A model generated the notes under the pieces. That model made no database searches and had not been told where the DNA came from. It saw only the letters and a program-made list of their open reading frames with translations. This document shows, piece after piece, positions 20,564 to 28,874 of a stretch of DNA of 64,000 nt. The stretch's first letter is position 1. The number at the start of each line of letters is the position of its first letter. This stretch comes from Microbacteriaceae bacterium (GTDB taxonomy: Bacteria; Actinomycetota; Actinomycetes; Actinomycetales; Microbacteriaceae). The DNA is taken from NCBI GenBank assembly GCA_947373155.1, contig CANBWO010000003.1, positions 8,968 to 72,967 of the forward strand, written 5' to 3'. A program made the translations under genes and the position numbers.

Positions 20564-21394
20564 GTGAACATTTCAAAAATCGCAATCCTCGGTTCGGGCT
20601 CCATGGGCACCGCAATTCTTCGCGGGCTCCTCAAAGCAGGCTTCGATGCAGCCAACGTGGCAGTGAGTACCAAGAGTCAAGCAAGCGCAAGCCGTTTGGC
20701 CGAAGAGCTTGGCGTAAACGCATTCTCCGCAGAGGCCACAGCCGAGGCCAACTCGCTTGCGGTTGCCGGTGCAGATGTTGTGCTGGTCGCGGTCAAACCG
20801 ATGTATGTTGCTTCAGTTTTGACCGAGGTAGCCCCATCGATGCTTGAAAATGCACTGGTAATCAGCGTTGCAGCCGGAATCACCAATGCGACCATGGAAG
20901 CCGTTGTCCCAGACTCTGTTGCTGTGATCCGCTCTATGCCTAACACTCCCGCGATCGTTGGCCGGGCAGTTACCGGTTTAGCCAGCGGTTCGCGTGCCAC
21001 CCAAGAGCAGCTCACCCTCGCCTGCAGTCTGTTTGAGACCGTGGGTAGCGTATTGGTTCTTCCAGAAGAGCAAATCGACGCACTTGGAACCATCAGTGGT
21101 TCTGGTCCGGCTTATGTCTTCTACCTAATTGAGCAGTTCATCAAAACCGCCCAAAATATGGGCTTCGATGAAGCTACCGCGGCAATGCTGGTAACCCAAA
21201 CCTTCTTGGGTTCCACCGAGCTATTAGTGGCAAGCGGCAAGACGCCTCAGGAGCTGCGCAAACAGGTGACCAGCCCGAACGGAACCACCATGCAGGCTAT
21301 TGCCAAACTCGATGAGGGTAACCTGACCACATTGTTTACCAACGCCACCAACGCGGCCCTTGCCCGCTCCAAAGAAATCGCTGCCGGCAAGTAA
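20564..21394 (+). CDS. proC: pyrroline-5-carboxylate reductase
   Basis: Motifs IAILGSGSMG, RSMPNTPA, GSGPAY and VTSPNGTT. Confidence 0.92.
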   Translation: MNISKIAILGSGSMGTAILRGLLKAGFDAANVAVSTKSQASASRLAEELGVNAFSAEATAEANSLAVAGADVVLVAVKPMYVASVLTEVAPSMLENALVISVAAGITNATMEAVVPDSVAVIRSMPNTPAIVGRAVTGLASGSRATQEQLTLACSLFETVGSVLVLPEEQIDALGTISGSGPAYVFYLIEQFIKTAQNMGFDEATAAMLVTQTFLGSTELLVASGKTPQELRKQVTSPNGTTMQAIAKLDEGNLTTLFTNATNAALARSKEIAAGK

Positions 21395-21418
21395 CCAAGG
21401 TGGTCTAACCTGTTAGTC

Positions 21419-22009
21419 ATGAGTGAGATTTTTTCTGTTCTGGCAGATCCAACCCGTCGTGCAATTTTGGTTGCGCTAGTCGAGGGTCCTCAAACCGTTT
21501 CCCAGCTGGTAGCTGTGACCCAGGAGGGCCAGCCAACCGTATCCAAACACCTCAAGACGCTGCGTGAAGCCGGCTTGGTAAGTGCGCAGGTGGCTGGTCA
21601 GGCGCGGGTCTATTCCATCGATGTCGCCCCGTTGAATGAGGCCGCAGAATTCTTGTCTCAGATCAACCCTGGGTCGGCTCCGCTGGTCTCGCAGAACGAC
21701 ATCCAGGCTGCTCTAGGCGACGCCGGTGAGAAGCTGGGCGGTCTCTTGGCCGCCGGCACCACCTGGTTGAACGCCCAAATCGCAGCCAAGGTTGCCGATT
21801 CGAACCTGGATGTGAATCAGCTCGGAAAAGATCTGGGTAGGCGCTTGGCAGATGCCAAGTCGGTTGCTACCGAGGTGGCTACCGGCACGGAGCAGCAGGT
21901 TCGAAACGAAGTGGCCCAGTTGAGCGGATTACTTGGCGCCAAGGTGGCCGAAGCCCGCGCTGCTGTTTTCAAGCCGCGCTTTACTAACCAAAACCCAGAA
22001 ACCGACTAA
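21419..22009 (+). CDS. ArsR/SmtB-family transcriptional regulator with a C-terminal helical extension of about 100 aa
   Basis: The N-terminus LADPTRRAILVAL...TVSQLV...QPTVSKHLKTLREAGLV is a winged HTH. The C-terminal half is Ala/Leu/Gly/Gln-rich. Confidence 0.8.
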   Translation: MSEIFSVLADPTRRAILVALVEGPQTVSQLVAVTQEGQPTVSKHLKTLREAGLVSAQVAGQARVYSIDVAPLNEAAEFLSQINPGSAPLVSQNDIQAALGDAGEKLGGLLAAGTTWLNAQIAAKVADSNLDVNQLGKDLGRRLADAKSVATEVATGTEQQVRNEVAQLSGLLGAKVAEARAAVFKPRFTNQNPETD

Positions 22010-22647
22010 GCGGCCGCAGCTACAAAAAGCCCGCTCAATGCGCTAAGCAGAGCCCGAATCCAATCGTCTTCGCTAACTGCGTGATTGTCGAGTTCGGCGA
22101 TAGCTCGTCCGAAGAGCATTCCCAAAATGAAAACCGCCGCGGCCCTGGGGTTGAGCTCGGGTTTTAGAATCCCGCGATCCTGCAGCAACTGCATAACTTC
22201 GCTGGTGCTTTCGGTCAATTCACCTTGAACCTCGGTCAGCTCGGAAAGCAACTTTGGCCGGCCAATGGTGTGACCCAAAACCGCAGCCCTAGAAAGTGCG
22301 CTCTGGTTGGCAAAGTGGTTCTTGGCAAAGCGGCCCATGCGGTCAAACTGGGCTGTCAGTTCGGCTGTGCTGTGAATGCTTTCCATAAACTCTTTGACCC
22401 GCGGAACGTCGGCACGAATTTGCTCGGCAAACTGGTGCACAAGTGTGGCTCTAATCAGCCCATCGCGGTCGCCAAAGTGGTGGTAGATCGAGCCAATCGA
22501 AACGCCAGTCGCCTGGCTGATGTCTTGAATTCGCACGCCAGATTCGCCATCGGCATCCATGGCTTTGGCAGTTTCTAAAATCAATGCATCGATGGTGGCT
22601 TTTGCGCGGGCCTGCTTTGGGCGGCCAAAGGCGGCTGGTTCTGTCAT
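22006..22647 (-). CDS. TetR/AcrR-family transcriptional regulator
   Basis: N-terminal HTH VRIQDISQATGVSIGSIYHHFGDRDGL. Confidence 0.85.
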   Translation of the reverse strand: MTEPAAFGRPKQARAKATIDALILETAKAMDADGESGVRIQDISQATGVSIGSIYHHFGDRDGLIRATLVHQFAEQIRADVPRVKEFMESIHSTAELTAQFDRMGRFAKNHFANQSALSRAAVLGHTIGRPKLLSELTEVQGELTESTSEVMQLLQDRGILKPELNPRAAAVFILGMLFGRAIAELDNHAVSEDDWIRALLSALSGLFVAAAA

Positions 22648-22653
22648 GGCAAA

Positions 22654-22680
22654 CTAGAAAAATGGCTAGGTTTTTTCTAG
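22654..22680. promoter_or_regulatory. inverted repeat, candidate TetR operator
   Basis: CTAGAAAAA (22654-22662), 9 nt, then TTTTTCTAG (22672-22680). This lies 7 nt upstream of the TetR start. A further TTCTAGAA palindrome sits at 22698-22705. Confidence 0.4.
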
Positions 22681-22734
22681 GAATATCCCCCTATTTCTTC
22701 TAGAAACTTTAGTGGGAACAGTCTTGAAACGAAA

Positions 22735-23451
22735 CTACTTTTTGGTTTTTTTCTTGGATTTGCCATTTTCAGGCTTGGTCACAAACATCATTCCAACCAG
22801 TGCAATACAAACTCCCGCCATCTGGGCTAGCAAATAAAAGGCGCCCTGTTGCACTCCAATTTCGGCTCCCGCATCGCTGGTAAACATGCGGCCGATAGTT
22901 AGCGCAGGGTTTGCAACCGCCCCGGAAGAAGTGAATACACCGGCTACAAAGAGCCAGCCCAAGACCGCTACAGGAATCAATGTGTCTCGCTTGGTAGCCC
23001 CCAGGTGCCCAATCAGCCAGATTAGGACTGCGGTAGACAGCGCCTCGCTAAACAACTGCCCGTTGGAGATATTGTGGCTACTTACCTGCCACCAGTTGTG
23101 GCCACCCAGGAATCCGCCTAGCCAAACACCCAGCACGGCTCCGGCAATTTGCGCCAAAACAATTAGGGTTCCAGGCCGAGCCTTCAGCTGGCTACGCGAA
23201 ATGTGAAAGAAGGTTAGCGCCGGGTTGAGGTGCACCTGTAGGGATCCCGAAAACAGCAAGAGCATGAGCGCCCAGGTTCCAGCAGTTACCAGGCTCACAT
23301 ACACCGATGATTGTTGGCTGGTGGTGACACCGATGGTGGCAGCGCCGATAACGGCTGTTCCCAGGAATTCAGCGATGAGTCGGCGAATAAAGACTTGGGT
23401 GTTCAAGCTAGTCCTTCTTTGAGGCCGATTCAGAAGCGCCACTAAAGCCAA
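22735..23451 (-). CDS. MIP-family channel (aquaporin/glycerol facilitator-like)
   Basis: Two NPA boxes (HLNPALTF and VANPALTIG) and 6 TM segments. The alternative start TTG 23406 would remove the 44-nt overlap with the upstream gene. Confidence 0.8.
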   Translation of the reverse strand: MALVALLNRPQRRTSLNTQVFIRRLIAEFLGTAVIGAATIGVTTSQQSSVYVSLVTAGTWALMLLLFSGSLQVHLNPALTFFHISRSQLKARPGTLIVLAQIAGAVLGVWLGGFLGGHNWWQVSSHNISNGQLFSEALSTAVLIWLIGHLGATKRDTLIPVAVLGWLFVAGVFTSSGAVANPALTIGRMFTSDAGAEIGVQQGAFYLLAQMAGVCIALVGMMFVTKPENGKSKKKTKK

Positions 23452-23971
23452 GTAGTACTTCGTTGCGTCTTAGGAACCATGGGGTAAAGGGGGAGTTGTA
23501 GCGAGCAAAGTATGGTTCACCCTGGACCTTGCCAGAAAGTTCACCACCATAGATTGCGTTCTCAACCGAATCTTCAAGAGTTTCGGACTCGTCCACAAAG
23601 CGGTCGAAGTTCCAGGAGCCGGTGAACTTACGGGCTACCGCCAGGTGCGGTGCTACATGAACAATCTGAACCTTGGCATCGTTTGGAATCGGAACCGGCA
23701 CGGATTCGCTTCCCGCACCCTCCGGTAAAACAAAACTAACCAGGTGATGATCTGGCTCAACACTGCTCTGAATCACGGGAGCGGTCATAGCCATTTGAGT
23801 TTTTTGCTGGTTTGCACCAGTGATGTATCTAAGCAGTGGCTGGAAAGCGCTGTTGCCGGCAGTAATGAAGTCTCCCCGGATTTGCACCTGCGCTAGAACA
23901 TAGGGGCCATAGCTTCTTAGCTCAAATGGTCCGTAGTTCTTAACGACTTCGTACTTCAGTTGTTCGCTCAC
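23408..23971 (-). CDS. SOUL heme-binding family protein
   Basis: 187 aa. YEVVKNYGPFELRSY...MTAPV is typical of SOUL/HBP proteins. Confidence 0.75.
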   Translation of the reverse strand: MSEQLKYEVVKNYGPFELRSYGPYVLAQVQIRGDFITAGNSAFQPLLRYITGANQQKTQMAMTAPVIQSSVEPDHHLVSFVLPEGAGSESVPVPIPNDAKVQIVHVAPHLAVARKFTGSWNFDRFVDESETLEDSVENAIYGGELSGKVQGEPYFARYNSPFTPWFLRRNEVLLGFSGASESASKKD

Positions 23972-24063
23972 GCTTAGAGCCTATGCATAAGTTGGGCTAG
24001 AATGGAACAACTACTCGGCTGGGTGCCATTTTTCTTCAGCCAATCAATTTCTGTGAGGTCTTC

Positions 24064-24162
24064 GTGGGTTCTATTATCAAGAAGCGCCGCAAGCGTATGT
24101 CTAAGAAGAAGCACCGCAAGTTGCTTCGTAAGACTCGCCACCAGCGTCGCAACAAGAAGTAA
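24064..24162 (+). CDS. small basic ribosomal protein bS22 (AURKAIP1/COX24-like), 32 aa
   Basis: Below the track size cutoff. GTG 24064 gives [32 protein letters not shown]. It is followed by a terminator and lies in the proC neighbourhood, as in mycobacteria. Confidence 0.8.
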   Translation: MGSIIKKRRKRMSKKKHRKLLRKTRHQRRNKK

Positions 24163-24187
24163 GTCTTTAGAGATTTACTCAAACAGC

Positions 24188-24215
24188 AAAAACCCGCCTT
24201 CTGGGCGGGTTTCTT
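24188..24215. terminator. bidirectional intrinsic terminator
   Basis: ACCCGCC (24192-24198) pairs with GGCGGGT (24204-24210), with A-run and T-run flanks. Confidence 0.75.
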
Positions 24216-24237
24216 GTTTAAGCGGCTTGATGCCCGA

Positions 24238-25053
24238 TTAGCTCTTGCTGGCTTTTTCGGCGCGCTGTTTAGCCTTTTTGGCAGTCCGGTTTTTTACCTT
24301 CTTCACCTTGAGCGCCTGCTTGATTTGCGGGTCTCGGTTGGCCTTGAGCTCACGTTTCTTGAAATCCAAAATCGCCCAGCCAGCCGCTTTTGCGTGAGTG
24401 GTGAGGATCTTGTCTGGATTTACCGCGATGGCATTGCCGACCATGCTCAACATTGGGAGGTCATTGTGGCTGTCGCTGTATGCGTAGGAGCGCTTGAGGC
24501 TGATGCCGCGTTCCTTGGCAAGCGAGCGAATTCGCTTTTTCTTGAATTGCCCGTGCAGCGCGTGCCCAACCAACTTGCCGGTGAGGATTCCGTTCTTGCG
24601 TTCGATTACGGTTCCTAGCCCGCCGGTGAGCCCTAGGCGGTGCGCAATCACATCGGCGATTTCCTGAGGGGTAGCCGTAACCAGCCATACCTCGCGGCCT
24701 GCGGCCACGTGTTCCTTGGCTAAGCGGACGGTCTCTGGCCAAAGCCGAGTCTTAATGTGCAGGTCGTAGACCTCATCGGTAAGTGCTGTTAGATCAGCAG
24801 ACTTGTGACCCTCGATTAGCGCAAGGGCTCGATCCTTGATGTTCGAGATCATGTCTGCGCTTTCGCCGCGCCAGATGAATTGGGTCTGACTCCAGGCAAA
24901 GCGCCAAAAGTCTCGGCGGCTAAAGAAGCCGGCGGCGAAAGCAGCCTTGCCAAAAAGGAACGCGCTGGAGCCCCGCAGAATCGTATTGTCTACGTCGAAG
25001 AAAGCGGCCTCAATCTTGGGCGCGCGTTCTGATTTGTCGGAGGCTTTAGGCAC
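24238..25053 (-). CDS. HAD-IB family hydrolase (SerB-like phosphatase)
   Basis: HAD motif I FFDVDNTIL and a later YSDSHNDLPML. The C-terminal tail is basic. Confidence 0.8.
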   Translation of the reverse strand: MPKASDKSERAPKIEAAFFDVDNTILRGSSAFLFGKAAFAAGFFSRRDFWRFAWSQTQFIWRGESADMISNIKDRALALIEGHKSADLTALTDEVYDLHIKTRLWPETVRLAKEHVAAGREVWLVTATPQEIADVIAHRLGLTGGLGTVIERKNGILTGKLVGHALHGQFKKKRIRSLAKERGISLKRSYAYSDSHNDLPMLSMVGNAIAVNPDKILTTHAKAAGWAILDFKKRELKANRDPQIKQALKVKKVKNRTAKKAKQRAEKASKS

Positions 25054-25095
25054 GCCTTAAGTGTAGGGCTGTCAGGTTAACCTAGGCTGACTAAC

Positions 25096-25368
25096 GTGTC
25101 TAAGCCCATAGAAATAACCCTGATTGGAAAGCCCGGTTGCCACCTGTGCGAAACCGCACTGCAGGTTGTGAATCAGGTCATCGATGATTTTGTGTTGGCA
25201 AAGCCTGGGAATTCGGTGGTCTTGCAAGAGGTCAACATCCTTAAGGACGAAGACCTAGCCAGAAAATACGGCGAAGAAATTCCGGTGGTGCTGGTAAACG
25301 GAAAGCAGCACTCTTATTGGACGGTTGAGGCGCCTCGCCTTTTGGCCAAGTTGCAAAGTCTGAGCTAG
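25096..25368 (+). CDS. glutaredoxin-like (DUF836) thioredoxin-fold protein
   Basis: 90 aa with the CHLC redox motif. Confidence 0.75.
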   Translation: MSKPIEITLIGKPGCHLCETALQVVNQVIDDFVLAKPGNSVVLQEVNILKDEDLARKYGEEIPVVLVNGKQHSYWTVEAPRLLAKLQSLS

Positions 25369-25392
25369 CTTCAAAAAACACATTCGCATTCA

Positions 25393-25442
25393 TTGACAAT
25401 GTCAGTGGCAGGTGTGAATATGGCTATACAAAATGTATAGCC
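25393..25442 (+). promoter_or_regulatory. vapBC promoter with perfect palindromic operator
   Basis: TTGACA (25393-25398), 17 nt, then GAATAT (25416-25421). This is followed by GGCTATACA-AAA-TGTATAGCC (25422-25442), and then by AAGGAGG and ATG 25454. Confidence 0.55.
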
Positions 25443-25453
25443 AAGGAGGCAAC

Positions 25454-25720
25454 ATGCAAACCACCGTATTTCGTAACGGCGGCAGCCAGGCCATTCGTAT
25501 TCCTGCTCAGTTCCGGTTCGAGGGCGACACAGTTGAGGTGGAGTGGGATGAGCGGCTCAAGGCATTGGTCATTAGAGAACCCGCCGACACCCGAATGAAT
25601 CCCTTTTTTGAATGGCTAGACAAGCAACCCGTCTACCAATTGCCTGAAAACCTGCCCATGACAAAAGACGGTCGCCTCGATGTTGCAGCCTTCATGGACA
25701 TGGACGAGGTGTTGTCCTGA
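25454..25720 (+). CDS. vapB: type II antitoxin VapB (AbrB/SpoVT-type)
   Basis: MQTTVFRNGGSQAIRIPAQFRF matches the AbrB-like swapped-hairpin N-terminus. ATG 25454 follows AAGGAGG. Confidence 0.85.
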   Translation: MQTTVFRNGGSQAIRIPAQFRFEGDTVEVEWDERLKALVIREPADTRMNPFFEWLDKQPVYQLPENLPMTKDGRLDVAAFMDMDEVLS

Positions 25721-26112
25721 TGCGTTACATGCTCGACTCGGACACCTGCAGCTACATAATCAAACAGGTGCCATCGGTGGTACGGAAAGCCCGCGAATTC
25801 AAGGGTGAGTGGTGCATCTCATCGGTGGTTTACCAAGAACTCATGTCTGGTCTGCTTGTTACCAACAGCAAGCGAATGGAGGATGGCTACCAGCTATTCC
25901 TAAGTTCCGTAGAAGTCCTAGAGTTCTCAATGTCCGACGCCCTTGTGGCAGCAGAGTTGCTCGTAGAGAACCGAAAGCGTGGTCACAACATCGGTATGGC
26001 GGATAACCAAATCGCAGGACACGCTGCCAGCGCAAACCTAACTCTGGTAACCAACAACACCAAACACTTTGCGCCAATGCTTGGCGTGCACGTAACCAAC
26101 TGGGTTGCCTAA
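25720..26112 (+). CDS. vapC: type II toxin VapC (PIN-domain ribonuclease)
   Basis: MLDSDTCSY...CISSVVYQELMSG...DNQIAGHA...LVTNNTKHF. Overlaps vapB by 1 nt. Confidence 0.9.
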   Translation: MRYMLDSDTCSYIIKQVPSVVRKAREFKGEWCISSVVYQELMSGLLVTNSKRMEDGYQLFLSSVEVLEFSMSDALVAAELLVENRKRGHNIGMADNQIAGHAASANLTLVTNNTKHFAPMLGVHVTNWVA

Positions 26113-26145
26113 CAGCTTTTCGTATCTGCATTTCAGCAACAAATA

Positions 26146-26177
26146 GAAAAGCCCAAGCCAAAAGGCTCGGGCTTTTC
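26146..26177. terminator. bidirectional terminator between vapC and aspS
   Basis: GAAAAGCCCAAGCC, loop AAAA, then GGCTCGGGCTTTTC. Confidence 0.7.
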
Positions 26178-26198
26178 TACTTAGTGAAATAAGCGGGT

Positions 26199-27509
26199 TT
26201 ACGGGATCAAGCGGGTTGGGCCACGGAACAGGTAAGTTACCTCGCGGATGTTGGCCTGGTGCAGCATCAACATGAGAACGCGAGCCAAGCCCATACCAAA
26301 ACCGCCGTGGGTAGGCGCGCCGTACTCAAAGAAGTCCAGGTAGGTCTCCTTTAGCCCTTCAGGGTGCAGACCCTTCTCCTTAGCCTGCTCAATCAGGATG
26401 TCGATACGGTGCTCACGCTGTGCACCAGTGGTGATCTCGGTTCCGCGCCAAATCAGGTCGTAACTGTTGGTTAGGCCCGGGTTGTCTGCGTGACGCATGT
26501 GATAGAACGGGCGAACGCTGGTTGGGTAGTCGGTTACAAACACAAACTCGTGACCAAAGGTCTCGGCTACGTGCGCAGCAATCTGACGCTCACCCTCAGG
26601 GTCTAGGTCGCCTCCGCGCTCAATCACGTGGCCGCGCTCGGCAATGATCTTGTAGGCCTCGGTGATTGGGATTCTTGGGAACGGAACAGTTGGAACCACA
26701 ATGTCAACATCGAAGAGTGCCTTGATGTCTTCGCCGTGGGTATCCTTTACCGCCTGAAGGCCGCGCGAGAGCAACTGCTCCTGAATCGCCATGATGTCTT
26801 CGTGGCTATCAATGTGAGAAACTTCCATGTCGATAGAGGTGAACTCGGTGGCGTGACGCGAGGTGAACGAAGGGTCTGCTCTAAACGCAGGGCCGATCTC
26901 GAAAATACGACCAAGGCCGGAAACCATTGCCATCTGCTTGTAGAACTGTGGGCTCTGCGCCAAGTAGGCCTTGCCAAGCTCAAAGTAGTCCATCTCGAAC
27001 AACTCTGCGTTTGACTCAGAAGGCGAACCCATGAGCTTAGGGGTGTGTAGCTCAACGAAGTCGTTGGCATACCAATACTCGCGCCAGGCACGTTCCAAGG
27101 TGGTCTGGATGCGGAACACCAGGTTCATTTCTGGGCGACGCAAATCTAGGAAACGCCAGTCCATTCGCTTGTCGATGCTGGTGTCTTCGGCAATTGGGGT
27201 CTCTGGATTCGCCAAGGTAACGATCTCAAGCTTCTCTAGCTGGATCTCGATGCCACCGAGCTTCACTCGCTCGTCGTGAACCAAGCCACCGGTTACGGTC
27301 ACAAAAGATCCGTGGGTCAGGCTCGAAATGATGTCGGCCTGGGCGTCTTCTTCCTGACGCTTGTAGGTGACCTGAACCGAGCCGCTCTCATCGCGCAGCA
27401 CAACAAACTGAATGCGCTTTTGATCGCGAAGGGTTTCCACCCAACCGCTTAGTTTTACTGGGCCGTCTTGGCTTGCTGCCAGCGACTTGATTAGGGAGCG
27501 ATTCGACAT
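26199..27509 (-). CDS. aspS: aspartate--tRNA ligase, archaeal/type-2 form (possibly non-discriminating)
   Basis: 436 aa from ATG 27509. Class IIb motifs are FRADPSFTSRHATEFTSIDMEV, GGFGMGLARVLM and a C-terminal LFRGPTRLIP. The length and the C-terminus match archaeal-type AspRS rather than the bacterial form of about 590 aa. Confidence 0.8.
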   Translation of the reverse strand: MSNRSLIKSLAASQDGPVKLSGWVETLRDQKRIQFVVLRDESGSVQVTYKRQEEDAQADIISSLTHGSFVTVTGGLVHDERVKLGGIEIQLEKLEIVTLANPETPIAEDTSIDKRMDWRFLDLRRPEMNLVFRIQTTLERAWREYWYANDFVELHTPKLMGSPSESNAELFEMDYFELGKAYLAQSPQFYKQMAMVSGLGRIFEIGPAFRADPSFTSRHATEFTSIDMEVSHIDSHEDIMAIQEQLLSRGLQAVKDTHGEDIKALFDVDIVVPTVPFPRIPITEAYKIIAERGHVIERGGDLDPEGERQIAAHVAETFGHEFVFVTDYPTSVRPFYHMRHADNPGLTNSYDLIWRGTEITTGAQREHRIDILIEQAKEKGLHPEGLKETYLDFFEYGAPTHGGFGMGLARVLMLMLHQANIREVTYLFRGPTRLIP

Positions 27510-27609
27510 TTCGTTTGCTTTCTTGGCCAAGGCTTTTGGCCAATCTTCAGGCTTTGTACAGCCCAGTTGGCACCGAGTCACAAGTTTAGCGGAGGCTAAA
27601 CTAGAAGCC

Positions 27610-28251
27610 ATGGCTGCCGATCGAATCCACCTAGTCCGTCACGGCGAAGTACATAACCCAGACGGCATTCTTTATGGTCGCCTTCCTAACTTCGGGCTTT
27701 CCGCTCGCGGTTCTAAAATGGCAGCCATAGCGGCCGAAACCATCAAAGCAAGCGGTCGTCCGGTGACCGCCCTTTTCGCTTCTCCACTGCAGCGAACCCG
27801 CGAATCGGCGCGCCCGTTTTCACAACTTTTCGGCCTTGAAGCAATCCTCGAAGAGCGAATCATCGAACCCCACAACATCTTTGAAGGCCGGGTAGTTAGC
27901 GGCTCCAGTATTTTCATCAAGCCGCACCTGTGGTTCCACCTGAGAAACCCGAGCAAGCCAAGTTGGGGAGAGCCATACGAGCAGATCGTGGCCCGAGTCG
28001 AAGCAGCGGTCATCGATGCCTTCAATTCGGTGCAGTCCGGCGATGTAGTTATGGTGAGTCACCAGTTGCCCATCTGGATGCTGCACTCCCAGGTGACCGG
28101 CAAAAAGTTGCCTCACAATCCAAAACAGCGTCGCTGCGCGCTCAGCAGCATCACAAGTTTTGAAATGCAAAATGGCAAGTTGGTTGAAGTGGGCTATCAA
28201 GACCCGGCTTTCGAACTGCGCAAAAATGCCATCGATGTGGGAGCCGTGTAA
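27610..28251 (+). CDS. histidine phosphatase family protein (phosphoglycerate mutase-like)
   Basis: The motif LVRHGEV. ATG 27610 avoids overlap with aspS. Confidence 0.8.
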   Translation: MAADRIHLVRHGEVHNPDGILYGRLPNFGLSARGSKMAAIAAETIKASGRPVTALFASPLQRTRESARPFSQLFGLEAILEERIIEPHNIFEGRVVSGSSIFIKPHLWFHLRNPSKPSWGEPYEQIVARVEAAVIDAFNSVQSGDVVMVSHQLPIWMLHSQVTGKKLPHNPKQRRCALSSITSFEMQNGKLVEVGYQDPAFELRKNAIDVGAV

Positions 28252-28874
28252 TGACCGAATCATCTTCACCAAACCGTTTTTTGCGGGCTGCCAAAATCGC
28301 TCTAGCCGCCTCCACGGCTGGCTTGATCCTGGCTCTTACGGGTTGCTCTACTAACGACAATCTGGCTAACCAGTTCAAATCTGGCGACAACAAAAACTAC
28401 ATCGCAGGTGATGGCACCGTGGCTGAATACAGTTCGGCTTCGCGCGGAAAGCCAATCGCATGGCGCGGCGTAACCGAAAACGGTGCGGTCTTGGGAAGCA
28501 AAAACCTCAGCGGTGTAGTCACCGTGATGAACTTTTGGTACGCCGGTTGTGCACCCTGCCGAGCCGAAGCCAAAGATCTTGAAGCGCTCTACCAGCAGTT
28601 CCTGCCATCCAAGGTCCAGTTTGTGGGCGTGAATGTGCGTGATACCGCCAGCACGGCTTTAGCTTTTGACCGCACCTTTGGAATGACCTACCCCAGCGTG
28701 ATAGACAACAACACCGGTTCAGTGGTTTTGGCGTTCACAACCGCGGTTAGTCCGCAGGCGGTACCAACCACAATCGTGATCGACAAAAAAGGCCGGGTAG
28801 CGGCTCGTATTCTTGGGCGTCTAGAAAAAGGCACACTCAAGGCCATGATTCAAAAGGTAGTGGCCGAAAAATAA
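28251..28874 (+). CDS. TlpA/ResA-like thiol:disulfide oxidoreductase (lipoprotein-like signal)
   Basis: Thioredoxin motif WYAGCAPC. The N-terminal LALTGCS looks like a lipobox. Lies upstream of ccdA-resB-ccsB. Confidence 0.85.
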   Translation: MTESSSPNRFLRAAKIALAASTAGLILALTGCSTNDNLANQFKSGDNKNYIAGDGTVAEYSSASRGKPIAWRGVTENGAVLGSKNLSGVVTVMNFWYAGCAPCRAEAKDLEALYQQFLPSKVQFVGVNVRDTASTALAFDRTFGMTYPSVIDNNTGSVVLAFTTAVSPQAVPTTIVIDKKGRVAARILGRLEKGTLKAMIQKVVAEK

